A stretch of DNA of 33,938 bases from Nitrospinota bacterium (GTDB lineage: Bacteria > UBA8248), in NCBI GenBank assembly GCA_030754595.1, contig JASLZZ010000065.1, positions 1 through 33,938 on the forward strand, read 5' to 3'. The notes below the pieces were generated by a model, which had not been told where the DNA came from, searched no databases, and was given only the letters and a program-made list of their open reading frames with translations. A program made the position numbers and the translations under genes. This document shows, in pieces, positions 7,479 to 16,526 of the stretch. Within the stretch, counting starts at the first letter, position 1. Each line of letters begins with the position of its first letter.

Positions 7479-8334
7479 TTGAAGCCCCCGCTCCCCATCG
7501 CCGCTGCCCGGGCGGCGCTCGTTCTCCTTTTCTTGATTTCCGGTTGCGCGGTTAAGGGAAGTCTCCCGGCTCCGGGGGAGCCGAAACAAGATTCGGCGGC
7601 CGCTTCTCCGAAAAAAAAACCGGGGCGGCGTAGTAAGGAAGCCATCCGGCTCTACAATCTCGCGCAGGAAAAATTGAGGCGCGGAAAGTTGCCCGCCGCC
7701 GGGGAATTCCTCCGAATGGCGGTTTCGGCGGACCCCGAACTCTTTCTCGCCCATGCGTCCCTGGGCCGCGTCCTGGAGAAATCGGGAAAGAAGGCCGAGG
7801 CGGAAAAAGCCTACCGCCGTGCATTTGAGCTCAGACCCGGTCATGTGAAAAGCCGGGTCGCCCTGGGGCGATTGGCTTTCGACGCCGGGAAACTCGAGGC
7901 CGCGATTTACCATCTTGAAAAAGCGGTTGTACTCGACCCCGAATCGTTCATCGCGCAATACTGCCTGGGCCTGATCCGCCGCCAGCGGCGGCAGGTCGCT
8001 TTGGCGGTCCACCATTTCAAGGAGGCCCTGCGCATCTCTCCCGATCACGCGGCGGCGCGGTACTGGCTATGGCTGAGCGTGTCGGAGCGTGTCGGAGCGG
8101 GGCGGTGCCGATGAGTGGGAGGTCGAGTTGGGGCGGGCGGTGGTCGAGGAGGGAAGCGACACCCCCATCCGCTATTATCGGGGCCGGGTGGCGAAGTTAT
8201 TCCAGACGGGAACGGTGGAGCGAGCGCTCCAGACCCTCCGGAAGGCGGTGGACGTGAACCCGAACTGGCGCGATAGGCGCTGGAGAGGGGTTTTGAACGA
8301 TATGGCCCGCTACCGCCGCGCCCTGAAAAAATAG
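7479..8334 (+). pseudogene. TPR-repeat lipoprotein, frameshifted by a 10-bp tandem duplication (pseudogene, switchable gene or assembly error)
   Basis: TTG start, lipobox LISGC and several TPR helices. GAGCGTGTCG occurs twice at 8075-8094; removing one copy joins the ORF ending at 8114 to ORF 8089-8334 (LSVSERGGADEWEVELG...). Confidence 0.75.
8075..8099 (+). repeat. 10-bp tandem direct repeat GAGCGTGTCG x2 plus partial GAGCG
   Basis: Read directly: gagcgtgtcg gagcgtgtcg gagcg. Confidence 0.95.
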
Positions 8335-8368
8335 CGGGTTATTTCGCCTTGTTGCCTCCCCCGGCAAA

Positions 8369-8398
8369 TTGACCTCGTTCGGGGTGGCTCCCTATACT
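8369..8398 (+). promoter_or_regulatory. Sigma70-type promoter upstream of the dihaem lipoprotein
   Basis: TTGACC-18bp-TATACT. Confidence 0.5.
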
Positions 8399-8452
8399 TC
8401 CCCCCGGATTGAATCTCTTGGATCTTGGCCCGTTTTTGAGGATGGAGTTTAT

Positions 8453-8875
8453 ATGAGGCGTGGAGCGTTGTGCGCGGTTCTTCTGGCGGGCGTGGCGGCG
8501 GTTGTAAGCTGTACCCGCACTCCTCTAGATCGGGCGGTCAGGCGGGAACTTCTGCCCAGCGAGGCCAACGTGGTGGTGGCCGATCATTGCCGGGGTTGCC
8601 ACATTCACGCCGCTTTCCGGGGAGATCCCCACATGCAGAGGGTGAAGGAATTATTTCCCGAGGGCAGCGAGTTCCGGGAGGCGAAAGAGTGTCTGGTTTG
8701 CCACGACCTGCGCCTGAAGACGATTTTTAAAAAAGAGCGGCGCACGACGACGCGCCCCCACGGGCAACTCATCAAAATGTCGGAGATCCCTGTCCCCAAG
8801 AAGGGGCCGCCTATCCAAAGTGTCAAAGCCAAGGAAAAGAAAAAAAAGAAGTGGTACTTTTTCTATCTCTTCTGA
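8453..8875 (+). CDS. Small dihaem cytochrome c lipoprotein of unknown function
   Basis: GGAG RBS, lipoprotein signal (AAVVSC), CRGCH and CLVCH, and a basic/aromatic C-terminus KKKKKKWYFFYLF. Confidence 0.75.
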   Translation: MRRGALCAVLLAGVAAVVSCTRTPLDRAVRRELLPSEANVVVADHCRGCHIHAAFRGDPHMQRVKELFPEGSEFREAKECLVCHDLRLKTIFKKERRTTTRPHGQLIKMSEIPVPKKGPPIQSVKAKEKKKKKWYFFYLF

Positions 8876-9672
8876 GCAGGGTCCAGCAGGTCGCGCAGGC
8901 CGTCCCCCAGAATGTTCAGCGACATCACCGTTAGCGCCAGCGCGATACCCGGGAATAACGTCAGGTGAGGGGCGATCAGGAGAAAGTCCCGCCCCTCGGC
9001 CAGCATGGCGCCCCAACTCGGGGCCGGCGGCTGGACCCCGAGACCCAGGAACGAGAGACCCGCCTCGGCTACGATGGCCCCCGCCATTCCGAAGCTCGCC
9101 TCGACGATCACCGGCGATATGATGTTTAAGAGAATATGGCGCACGACCACACGGAGCGGCCGGGCGCCCGCCGCGCGCGCCGCGACGACATACTCACGCT
9201 CGCGGAGAGAGAGCACCTGCACCCGCACAAGGCGCGCGTAGCCCACCCACCCGAACGCCGAGAGGGAGAGCACCACGTTGCCCACCCGGGGTTCGAGGAC
9301 CGACATCAGGGCGATGGCGAGAAGGATTCCGGGAAACGCCATGAACACGTCCGTTACCCGCATCAAGAACTCGTCCCACGCCCCGCCGGCATAGCCGGCC
9401 ACCGCCCCGACGGCCCCGCCGATCAGCACCGAGAAGAAAACCGCCGCGAAGCCGACCATGAGCGAGATTCGCCCCCCGTAGAAGACGCGGCTGGCGATGT
9501 CGCGGCCCAGCTTGTCTTGTCCGAACGGATGGTCCCAGGTCGCCGGGGACAGCCCTTCGGCGAGGTCTAGCGAGAAGGGGTCATCGGGGGCTAACAGGGG
9601 CGCGGCCGCGGAGAAGACGATGATGATCGCGAGCACCAGCGCCCCGGCGCGGATAGAGGCGTTTTCGCGCAC
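8863..9672 (-). CDS. dppC: Peptide/nickel ABC transporter permease (DppC/OppC family)
   Basis: HPFGQDKLGRD, EYVVAARAAGA (EAA loop) and LSFLGLGVQPPAPSWG. Confidence 0.93.
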   Translation of the reverse strand: MRENASIRAGALVLAIIIVFSAAAPLLAPDDPFSLDLAEGLSPATWDHPFGQDKLGRDIASRVFYGGRISLMVGFAAVFFSVLIGGAVGAVAGYAGGAWDEFLMRVTDVFMAFPGILLAIALMSVLEPRVGNVVLSLSAFGWVGYARLVRVQVLSLREREYVVAARAAGARPLRVVVRHILLNIISPVIVEASFGMAGAIVAEAGLSFLGLGVQPPAPSWGAMLAEGRDFLLIAPHLTLFPGIALALTVMSLNILGDGLRDLLDPAQKR

Positions 9673-9673
9673 T

Positions 9674-10594
9674 TCAGTCGAGCCTCACGCGGGGGTCGAG
9701 CCAGGCGTAGGCGATATCGGCGAGTAAATTACCCGCCACGTAAACCATCGCGATGAAGAGCACACAACCCTGGACGAGGGGATAGTCCCGCGCGGCGATG
9801 GCCTGAATCGTCAGGCGGCCGACGCCCGGCCAGGCAAAGACGGTCTCGGTGATGATGGCTCCGGAGAGCAGGGCGCCGAGCTGTAGGCTCAGGATTGTGA
9901 TGAGGGGGAGGCAGGCGTTCCGGAGGGCGTGGAGCCAGAGGACGCGGCGGTCGCTCAGCCCCTTGGCCCGGGCGGTGGCGAGATAGTCCTGGGGCAGGAC
10001 GTCCAGAATGCTCGAGCGTGTCATCCGCATCAAAATGGCGGATAGGGCCGTCCCGAGGGTGAGAGCCGGCAGGACGAGGCTCAGCGCGCTCGAGCGGCCC
10101 GATACCGGGAGCCATCCCAGGTCGATTGAGAAAAAGATGATGAGCAGAGGGCCGAGCCAGAACACCGGGATGCTCGCGCCGAGGACGGCGAGGGCTCCGG
10201 CGGCGAGGTCCACCCCCGTGCCCGCCCGCCTGGCGGCGAGGATTCCGAGCGGAAGGGCGATTGCGATTGCGATGGCGAGTGAGGCGAAGGTCAACTCGGC
10301 CGAGGCCGAAATCCGCTCGACGATCAGCCGGGCGACGGGCCGCTTTTTATGGAGCGATGTGCCCAGGTCCCCCCGGACGAGGCTGGCGAGGTAGTCCGCG
10401 TACTGGACCCCGAGCGGGCGGTCAAGGCCCAGGGCCTTTCTGAGGACCTCCCGCTGGGCGGGTCGGGCCGTCTCTCCGAGCATGAGATCGACCGGGTCGC
10501 CGGGGATGATATTCGTCACGGCGAAAACGAGGGTGGCCACCCCCCAGAGAACGGGCACCAGGAGGACGAGCCTTCTCAAGAGGTAGCGGCGCAC
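9674..10594 (-). CDS. dppB: Peptide/nickel ABC transporter permease (DppB/OppB family)
   Basis: PGDPV, GDLGTS, DYLATARAKGL, ETVFAWPGVG and RDYPLVQG. Confidence 0.93.
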   Translation of the reverse strand: MRRYLLRRLVLLVPVLWGVATLVFAVTNIIPGDPVDLMLGETARPAQREVLRKALGLDRPLGVQYADYLASLVRGDLGTSLHKKRPVARLIVERISASAELTFASLAIAIAIALPLGILAARRAGTGVDLAAGALAVLGASIPVFWLGPLLIIFFSIDLGWLPVSGRSSALSLVLPALTLGTALSAILMRMTRSSILDVLPQDYLATARAKGLSDRRVLWLHALRNACLPLITILSLQLGALLSGAIITETVFAWPGVGRLTIQAIAARDYPLVQGCVLFIAMVYVAGNLLADIAYAWLDPRVRLD

Positions 10595-10595
10595 G

Positions 10596-12299
10596 TCAGC
10601 GTCCCCTCCTCTCCGGCGGGTCGAGGCGGACCCCCGCCAGGGAGATGAGGTCCTCGTTGGGATACACGCGGTAGCCGCTCACGCGGCGATCGATGGCGGC
10701 CACGTTCACGCTGTGCCAGAGATTCACGTAGGGAAGCTCGCGGCCGATGATTCGCTGAACCTCGGCATAGAGCTCGGCCCTCTTTTCGGTGTGGGAGGCC
10801 GCGCGCGCGGCCTCGACAAGGTCGTCCACCCGCGCATTATTGTAACGCCCCCGGTTGAGCCCCCGGGGAGGCACGAAGCGGCTGTGGAATATGTAGCGGT
10901 AGATGTCGGGGTCCGAGATTCCCACCCAGGTCAGGCTGTAGAGCTGGAAGTTTCCGCTGCGGATGTCCCCGAAGAAAGTGCCCCACTCGTAGGACCGGAC
11001 GCGGAGGTGAATTCCCACCCGGCGGAGCTGGTCGCCGATGACGGTGGCGATTCTCCTTCGAAGCTCGCTCTGGGAGGTCTTGTAAACGAGAGAAAAGCGG
11101 GGGCGGGGCCCAGGCCCGTCGGGGTCGGCGAGGCCGGCCTCATCCAGAAGCTTTCGGGCGAGAGCGGGGTCGTAGGTGTAGCTCGGCAGCCCCCCCAGGT
11201 GCGCCCAGTGCTCCCGGGGGAGCAGGCTGTCCGCCTCCGAGGCGAGCCCCTTGAGAATATGGCGGATGATGGGCCTTCGGTCGATGGCGTGCGCGATGGC
11301 CCGGCGCACTTTTATCCGCCCCAGGATGGGGTCGGTTATGTTGAAACCCAGATAGGTGAAGTTGGTTCCCGCGCGGCGGAGAATTTTGAGACGCGGATTG
11401 GCGCTGAGCCGGGGAAGAATGTCGGGCGAAAAAGCGTTCTGGAGCATGGAGAGACCGCCGCTTTCGAGTTCGAGAACCCGGACAGTCTCCTCAGGGAGGA
11501 TCCGGAAGATCAGACGGTCGAATTTAGGCGCTCCGCCGAAATAGTTAGGGTAGGCGGTGAGCTCGATTCGCTCGTCCGGGTCGAAGCGCTTGAAGCGGAA
11601 CGGCCCGGTGCCTATCGGGCGCTCGCCGAATTTTTTCCCGGCCCGCCTGGCGCTCTCGGGCACGATTCCCACCATGAGGGAGTCCGCGAACGCGGCGGAG
11701 GGCTCCTTGAGATAAAAAACCACGGCGTCCGGCGAAGGGGTCTCCACCCGGTCCAGCTCACGAAGCCCGGCCGCCCGCGGAGAAGCGAGGGCGGGGTCGC
11801 GTATCGAGTCGAAGGTGTATTTCACGTCTGCCGAGGTGAGGAGGGCCCCGTCGTGGAAGCGGACCCCGGGGCGGAGCCGGAAGCGGTGGGTGAGCGGGGA
11901 GGGCCGCTCCCAGGACTCGGCCAGCTCGAGGCGCTGGCGGTTGTTCTCGTCGCGGGCGATGAGCCGGTTGAAAAGAAACCGCTGGACCTGCTCCGATACG
12001 GCGTCCTGCGAGAGGCGGGGGTCGAACTGTGTGGGGTTGCTATCGAGGCCGACGATGATGTTTCGGCCTGGTGGAATCGGGTCGCTTCCGCACCCAGACA
12101 AGAAAAGGGCGAGCGCGCCCGCCGCCAGGAGCGCCGGCAATGGAGCGCTCCGAGCCCCTTGGGCGCGTCCCGGCCCTCGAGTGGGCGCCGCCCGGAGGGC
12201 CGTGGATTCGGGAGGATATATCTCGTTCAATTTCAAGCCAGAACCGGCGACGGGCGGGGTTAATTCGGGGAACTTGTCACACACTGCGGCTTCCGTCAA
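10596..12299 (-). CDS. dppA: Family 5 ABC substrate-binding lipoprotein (DppA/OppA); the real start may be downstream of 12299
   Basis: Lipobox FLSGC, LAESWE, FHDG..TSADVKYTF, PIGTGPF, VRRAIAHAIDR and YDPALARKLLDEAG. Confidence 0.9.
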   Translation of the reverse strand: MTEAAVCDKFPELTPPVAGSGLKLNEIYPPESTALRAAPTRGPGRAQGARSAPLPALLAAGALALFLSGCGSDPIPPGRNIIVGLDSNPTQFDPRLSQDAVSEQVQRFLFNRLIARDENNRQRLELAESWERPSPLTHRFRLRPGVRFHDGALLTSADVKYTFDSIRDPALASPRAAGLRELDRVETPSPDAVVFYLKEPSAAFADSLMVGIVPESARRAGKKFGERPIGTGPFRFKRFDPDERIELTAYPNYFGGAPKFDRLIFRILPEETVRVLELESGGLSMLQNAFSPDILPRLSANPRLKILRRAGTNFTYLGFNITDPILGRIKVRRAIAHAIDRRPIIRHILKGLASEADSLLPREHWAHLGGLPSYTYDPALARKLLDEAGLADPDGPGPRPRFSLVYKTSQSELRRRIATVIGDQLRRVGIHLRVRSYEWGTFFGDIRSGNFQLYSLTWVGISDPDIYRYIFHSRFVPPRGLNRGRYNNARVDDLVEAARAASHTEKRAELYAEVQRIIGRELPYVNLWHSVNVAAIDRRVSGYRVYPNEDLISLAGVRLDPPERRGR

Positions 12300-12395
12300 A
12301 TAAAGAGGCGATCCCGCAGGTTTACAGCCAATAGAGCAAGGACTACCATCTTACCCGTCAAGCCGCTGAAAACTGATTCGGGAGACACCTCAATC

Positions 12396-12947
12396 ATGAA
12401 AGATAGGCACTTTTTCACCGGAGCGGGCCACCGGGCCGCTTTGGCCGCCGTTTTATTCCTGCTGGTATTCCTGACCGGGGTTCTTGCTCCCGCACGTGCC
12501 CTCGCCCAGGCCGTCCGGGTGGGCGAGAAGGCCCCCCGGTTCGAGATTCAGGGTTTCAATTCCGAGAAGTTGCTGGGCGAGAACAATATTCTCATTGTCT
12601 TTTATCGGGGGCTATTCTGAAGCTACTGCCAGAGGCAGCTGGTCCAGCTCCAAGAGTATTCGGGAAAATTCACGGAACTCAAAACCGAGATCGTGGCCAT
12701 CAGCACGGACGATGAGGGGAAGGTCCTCCGGACATCGAGGGAGCTGAGCGTTCGCTTCAAGCTTATTTCCGACGTTGACCGCCGGATCATCAATCTCTTC
12801 GGCGTGCGCCACCCCAAGCAGGGGGTAGCGCGCCCCGCAACCTTTATTATCGACAAACGGGGTCTCATCCGGTATCGATATATCGGAAAGGATTATTCCG
12901 ACCGGCCGCCGATTACCGGACTGCTCCAGGCCCTGAAATGGCTTTAG
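12396..12947 (+). CDS. Exported AhpC/TSA (peroxiredoxin/redoxin-like) selenoprotein, UxxC, 183 aa
   Basis: GGAG RBS and signal peptide. VGEKAPRF...IVFYRGLF-[TGA 12618-12620]-SYCQRQL...VAISTD...LISD...ARPATFIIDKRGLIRY is one continuous frame. TGA sits at the first position of the thioredoxin-fold CxxC. Confidence 0.9.
12634..12651 (+). promoter_or_regulatory. Putative SECIS hairpin of the peroxiredoxin-like gene
   Basis: GG-C(bulge)-AGCUG-[GUC]-CAGCU-CC begins 13 nt after UGA and resembles the E. coli fdhF SECIS layout (GG-U-UGCA-GGUC-UGCA-CC). A lower UACU/AGUA pairing is also possible. Confidence 0.7.
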
Positions 12948-13021
12948 CGGAGGCGGCCGGGGCTCCGGCTCCCATCACGGGGCGGGCCGCCCATCATCGC
13001 CCGTAATTTTCAGGATATCGC

Positions 13022-14650
13022 ATGAAAATACTCCACTCTCGCAGGGGCCGGGCGCTTTGCGCCGCCGGGGCGCTCGCCCTGTCGTTTTTCTCATCCGGGG
13101 CCGAGCCCGCCCGGCCGAAACGAAGAGAAAAGCGCCCGATCACTACGGTGAAAATTTTCAAAACCACAATCAGCCGGGCCATTCGCCAGGAGTGTAAAAT
13201 CACCGGCAAGATCGGTGTATTCATCCGCTCGATATCGGCGCACGAGACCCTCTTTGATCACCGAGGGGGTGAGAAGCGAATCCCTGCCTCGAACATGAAG
13301 CTGCTCACTACGGCCGCGGCCTTGGCCTATCTAGGGCCCGACTACACCTATTCGACCGATATATACGTCAACGGCCCCTTGAAAAAAGGCGTGCTGACGG
13401 GAAATCTCTTCATCAAGGGATACGGCGATCCGACCCTCGTTCAGGAGCGGGTCCGCGAGCTCGCCTATTCGCTCTATCTTAAAGGGGTACGCCGAATATC
13501 GGGCAACCTGGTCGCCGACGATACTTTTTTCGATGGCCAGAAGTACGGAAAAAAGTGGAATGTCAGGGGATCGGCCAAGGCTTATCTGGCGCCCTATTCG
13601 GCGCTTTCCGTCAATTTCAGCATCGTCAACGTCCGGGTCGATCCGGGGCCGAGGCCGGGCGCCCTCGCCCGGGTGCAGCTGATTCCGCCCTCGGACACCA
13701 TCGGTCTCAAGGATTCCCTGAAGACCTCCTCGCGCCGGTCGCGCCCCCGCGTTCTGGTGAGCCGCCGGTCGGGAAACGGGAAGGACTGGATTCACGTCAG
13801 CGGCCGGACCCCCGCCAGGCGGAAATCGCGAAACTACACGGTGTCCGTTTCCGACCCCACCCGGTTCGCCGCCGGGACGTTTTCTGCCCTGTTAAAAAGG
13901 GAGGGGATTCGCTTCAACGGAAAAATCCGCCGCGGAAAAACCCCGCCCGAGGCCCGGCTCATCGTCAGGCAAAACTCCCGCCCTCTCAGCGACATCATTC
14001 GGGGCCTGAACAAGCACAGCAACAACCTGAGCGCGGAGCAAATTCTCAAAACCATTGGCGCCGAAATGTTCGGGCTTCCCGGAACCACGGAGAAAGGGCT
14101 TCTGGCCGTTCAGAAATATCTGGTTTACATGGGGGTTCCGCTGGGCTCGTTCGATCTGGCCGACGGATCGGGGCTGAGCCGGCTCAACCGGATTACGCCC
14201 AGAGCCATCGTGGCCCTTCTCGAGGGGGTTTATCACGATTTCCGGATTCTTCCCGAATACCTATCGTCCCTCGCGGTGGTCGGCGTGGACGGCACCATTC
14301 GCAAACGCCTGCGGAGGAGTTCGGCGGCGCGGCGAATCCGTGCGAAGACCGGCCTGCTCGCCGGAATTCATGCCCTGAGCGGCTATGCCGCTGCCGACAA
14401 CGGAGAGACGCTGGCCTTCTCCATACTCTCGAATACGAACGGGTGCCGGCCGAAAAGGCTGATGAACCGGATATCTCTGGCCATGGCGAAGCTGGACCGG
14501 CCTCTTCCCAATGCGCTTCGCAACGGTCTCAATCCCTCTCGCCAGAAGCTTTCGCGGCCCATGCCCTTCCCCCACAAAAGGGATCGATGGCGGCGGAGCG
14601 GCCGGGCCCGGGACGATGTGGAAGGCGCGCTGGGCGGCTCCCTGCGTTGA
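13022..14650 (+). CDS. dacB: D-Ala-D-Ala carboxypeptidase/endopeptidase PBP4
   Basis: PASNMK (SxxK), GYGDPTL, HSNN (SxN), DGSGLSR and AKTG. Confidence 0.93.
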   Translation: MKILHSRRGRALCAAGALALSFFSSGAEPARPKRREKRPITTVKIFKTTISRAIRQECKITGKIGVFIRSISAHETLFDHRGGEKRIPASNMKLLTTAAALAYLGPDYTYSTDIYVNGPLKKGVLTGNLFIKGYGDPTLVQERVRELAYSLYLKGVRRISGNLVADDTFFDGQKYGKKWNVRGSAKAYLAPYSALSVNFSIVNVRVDPGPRPGALARVQLIPPSDTIGLKDSLKTSSRRSRPRVLVSRRSGNGKDWIHVSGRTPARRKSRNYTVSVSDPTRFAAGTFSALLKREGIRFNGKIRRGKTPPEARLIVRQNSRPLSDIIRGLNKHSNNLSAEQILKTIGAEMFGLPGTTEKGLLAVQKYLVYMGVPLGSFDLADGSGLSRLNRITPRAIVALLEGVYHDFRILPEYLSSLAVVGVDGTIRKRLRRSSAARRIRAKTGLLAGIHALSGYAAADNGETLAFSILSNTNGCRPKRLMNRISLAMAKLDRPLPNALRNGLNPSRQKLSRPMPFPHKRDRWRRSGRARDDVEGALGGSLR

Positions 14651-14690
14651 GCGGTGATTTTTCTTTCGATCTGAACATTAGAGGGCGTGA

Positions 14691-16526
14691 ATGGCCTCCC
14701 CGGAAGATGTGCGATTGAACGGAAGAAAAAGGCCCCGCTCCTCATCTCCCGATATTCCCGCTTTTCCCGGACGATGGACTCTCAAGAAGGGCGACGAGGA
14801 CCTCTCGAAACGCCTGGCGGATGAAATGGGGGTGCCCTTGCTCCTGGGACGTCTGCTCGCCCTTCGGGGAATCACGGGAGTGGAGGAGGCCGGCACGTTC
14901 CTGGACGCGCCGCTGACCGCCCTGCACGATCCCTTCCTGATGAGGGGAATGGAGGAGGTGGCGGCCCACCTGACCCGGGAGGTGATGAAGGGCCGCCCCA
15001 TCGGCATTTACGGCGACTACGACACCGACGGTATTTCCTCGACCGCTTTGCTGGTTCTATTTTTCAAATCCCTGGGTGTTTCCGCCCCCTATTTTATTCC
15101 CCACCGGATGCGAGAGGGCTACGGGCTTCACCTCTCCGGTTTGCTGAAGTTAAAGGAGGCCGGCTGCGGGACGGTGGTGACCGTGGACACCGGCATCACG
15201 GCGGTCGAGGCGGCGAAGGAGGCCAGGGCGTCCGGAATCGACCTGATTATCACCGATCACCATGGGCCTCCCGAGCGGCTTCCCGAGGCCGTGGCCCTTA
15301 TCAATCCGCGCCAGCCGGGGTGCAATTATCCCTTCAAGGGGCTCAGTGGGGTGGGCGTCGCCTTCAAATTGGTCGCCGGTGTCCGGCGCCGCCTCCGGGA
15401 CGAGGGTTTCGCCGGAGAGCTCCCGAATCTCAAGCAACACCTCGACCTCGTAGCCCTGGGTACGGTGGCCGATATCGTTCCCCTTCTGGACGAGAACCAT
15501 ATTTTCGTTCGTGCCGGCCTGGAGATTCTTTCCTCCGCGTCGAGGCCGAACGCCGATTCCGCCCGGTCCACTCCGGGCAAACCCGGCGTCGGCGCCCTCG
15601 TCGCGGCGGCGAATCTAAGGGCAGAGTCGATTACGGCGGGGCATATCGGTTTTATCCTGGCGCCCCGGCTCAACGCCGCCGGCAGGGTGGGGGACGCCGG
15701 GCTTGGCGTGGAACTGCTCGTGGAGAGCGATCCCGCGAAGGCGAGGCCCCGCGCCGAAAAACTCGAGGAGTGGAACCGCCAGCGGCGGGACCTCGAACGC
15801 GAGGCCTACGAGGAGGCTTTGATTCAAATCGAGGAGATGGGTCTTCCCGAGGGTCGCCGGTCGATTGTTTTGGCGAGCGAGCGGTGGCATCCGGGGGTGA
15901 TCGGAATCGTGGCGTCGAGGATGGTGGAGCAGTTTTTCAGGCCGTCTGTGCTGATTCATCTCGACGGGGAAGAGGGGAAAGGGTCCTGCCGGGGCGTCTC
16001 GGGTATTCACATGGTCGAGGCGCTGGGGCGTTGCTCCGATTTATTGATTCAGTTCGGCGGGCACAAAGGAGCGGCGGGTCTTTCGATCAATAGAGAGAAT
16101 ATCGATCTCTTCCGCGATCGGTTCGAGGAGGCCGCCCGGGCGTTTTTGGGCGAGGAGCCGGTCGAAACCGAGCTTTTCCTCGATGCGGTAGTGGATTTAG
16201 ATGACCTGGAGTTGCCCCTGGTGGAAACGCTAGAAAAAATGGCGCCCTTCGGTTCGGGGAACCCCCAGCCCGTCCTGGCGACCGCCGGAGTCGAGGTGAC
16301 CGGCAGGCCCGAGGGCGTGGGAGAGGGCGGAAAACATCTCAAGATGAGGTTGCGCCAAAGGGGCCGGGTGGTTGAAACAATCGGTTTTGGGTTGGGCGGT
16401 CTTCTCGATGACGAGGAATTATTGAGCGGAAAGCTCGACGTGGCCTATCATGCTGGCGTGAACCGCTGGCGCGGAAGCACGAAGGTGCAAATCCAAGTGA
16501 AGGCCCTCCGGCCCGCGGGCGGCTAG
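14691..16526 (+). CDS. recJ: Single-stranded DNA exonuclease RecJ
   Basis: IYGDYDTDG, TVDTG, ITDHH, LGTVADIVPL, PRLNAAGR, FGGHKGAAG and PFGSGNPQP. Confidence 0.96.
   Translation: MASPEDVRLNGRKRPRSSSPDIPAFPGRWTLKKGDEDLSKRLADEMGVPLLLGRLLALRGITGVEEAGTFLDAPLTALHDPFLMRGMEEVAAHLTREVMKGRPIGIYGDYDTDGISSTALLVLFFKSLGVSAPYFIPHRMREGYGLHLSGLLKLKEAGCGTVVTVDTGITAVEAAKEARASGIDLIITDHHGPPERLPEAVALINPRQPGCNYPFKGLSGVGVAFKLVAGVRRRLRDEGFAGELPNLKQHLDLVALGTVADIVPLLDENHIFVRAGLEILSSASRPNADSARSTPGKPGVGALVAAANLRAESITAGHIGFILAPRLNAAGRVGDAGLGVELLVESDPAKARPRAEKLEEWNRQRRDLEREAYEEALIQIEEMGLPEGRRSIVLASERWHPGVIGIVASRMVEQFFRPSVLIHLDGEEGKGSCRGVSGIHMVEALGRCSDLLIQFGGHKGAAGLSINRENIDLFRDRFEEAARAFLGEEPVETELFLDAVVDLDDLELPLVETLEKMAPFGSGNPQPVLATAGVEVTGRPEGVGEGGKHLKMRLRQRGRVVETIGFGLGGLLDDEELLSGKLDVAYHAGVNRWRGSTKVQIQVKALRPAGG

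Noticed and set aside
844..12947. Genome-wide UGA reassignment (Trp or Gly) as the explanation for the in-frame TGAs
   Set aside because: Many conserved genes here end properly in TGA (trpF, trpB, leuC, leuB, mtnP), and both internal TGAs sit at Cys positions.
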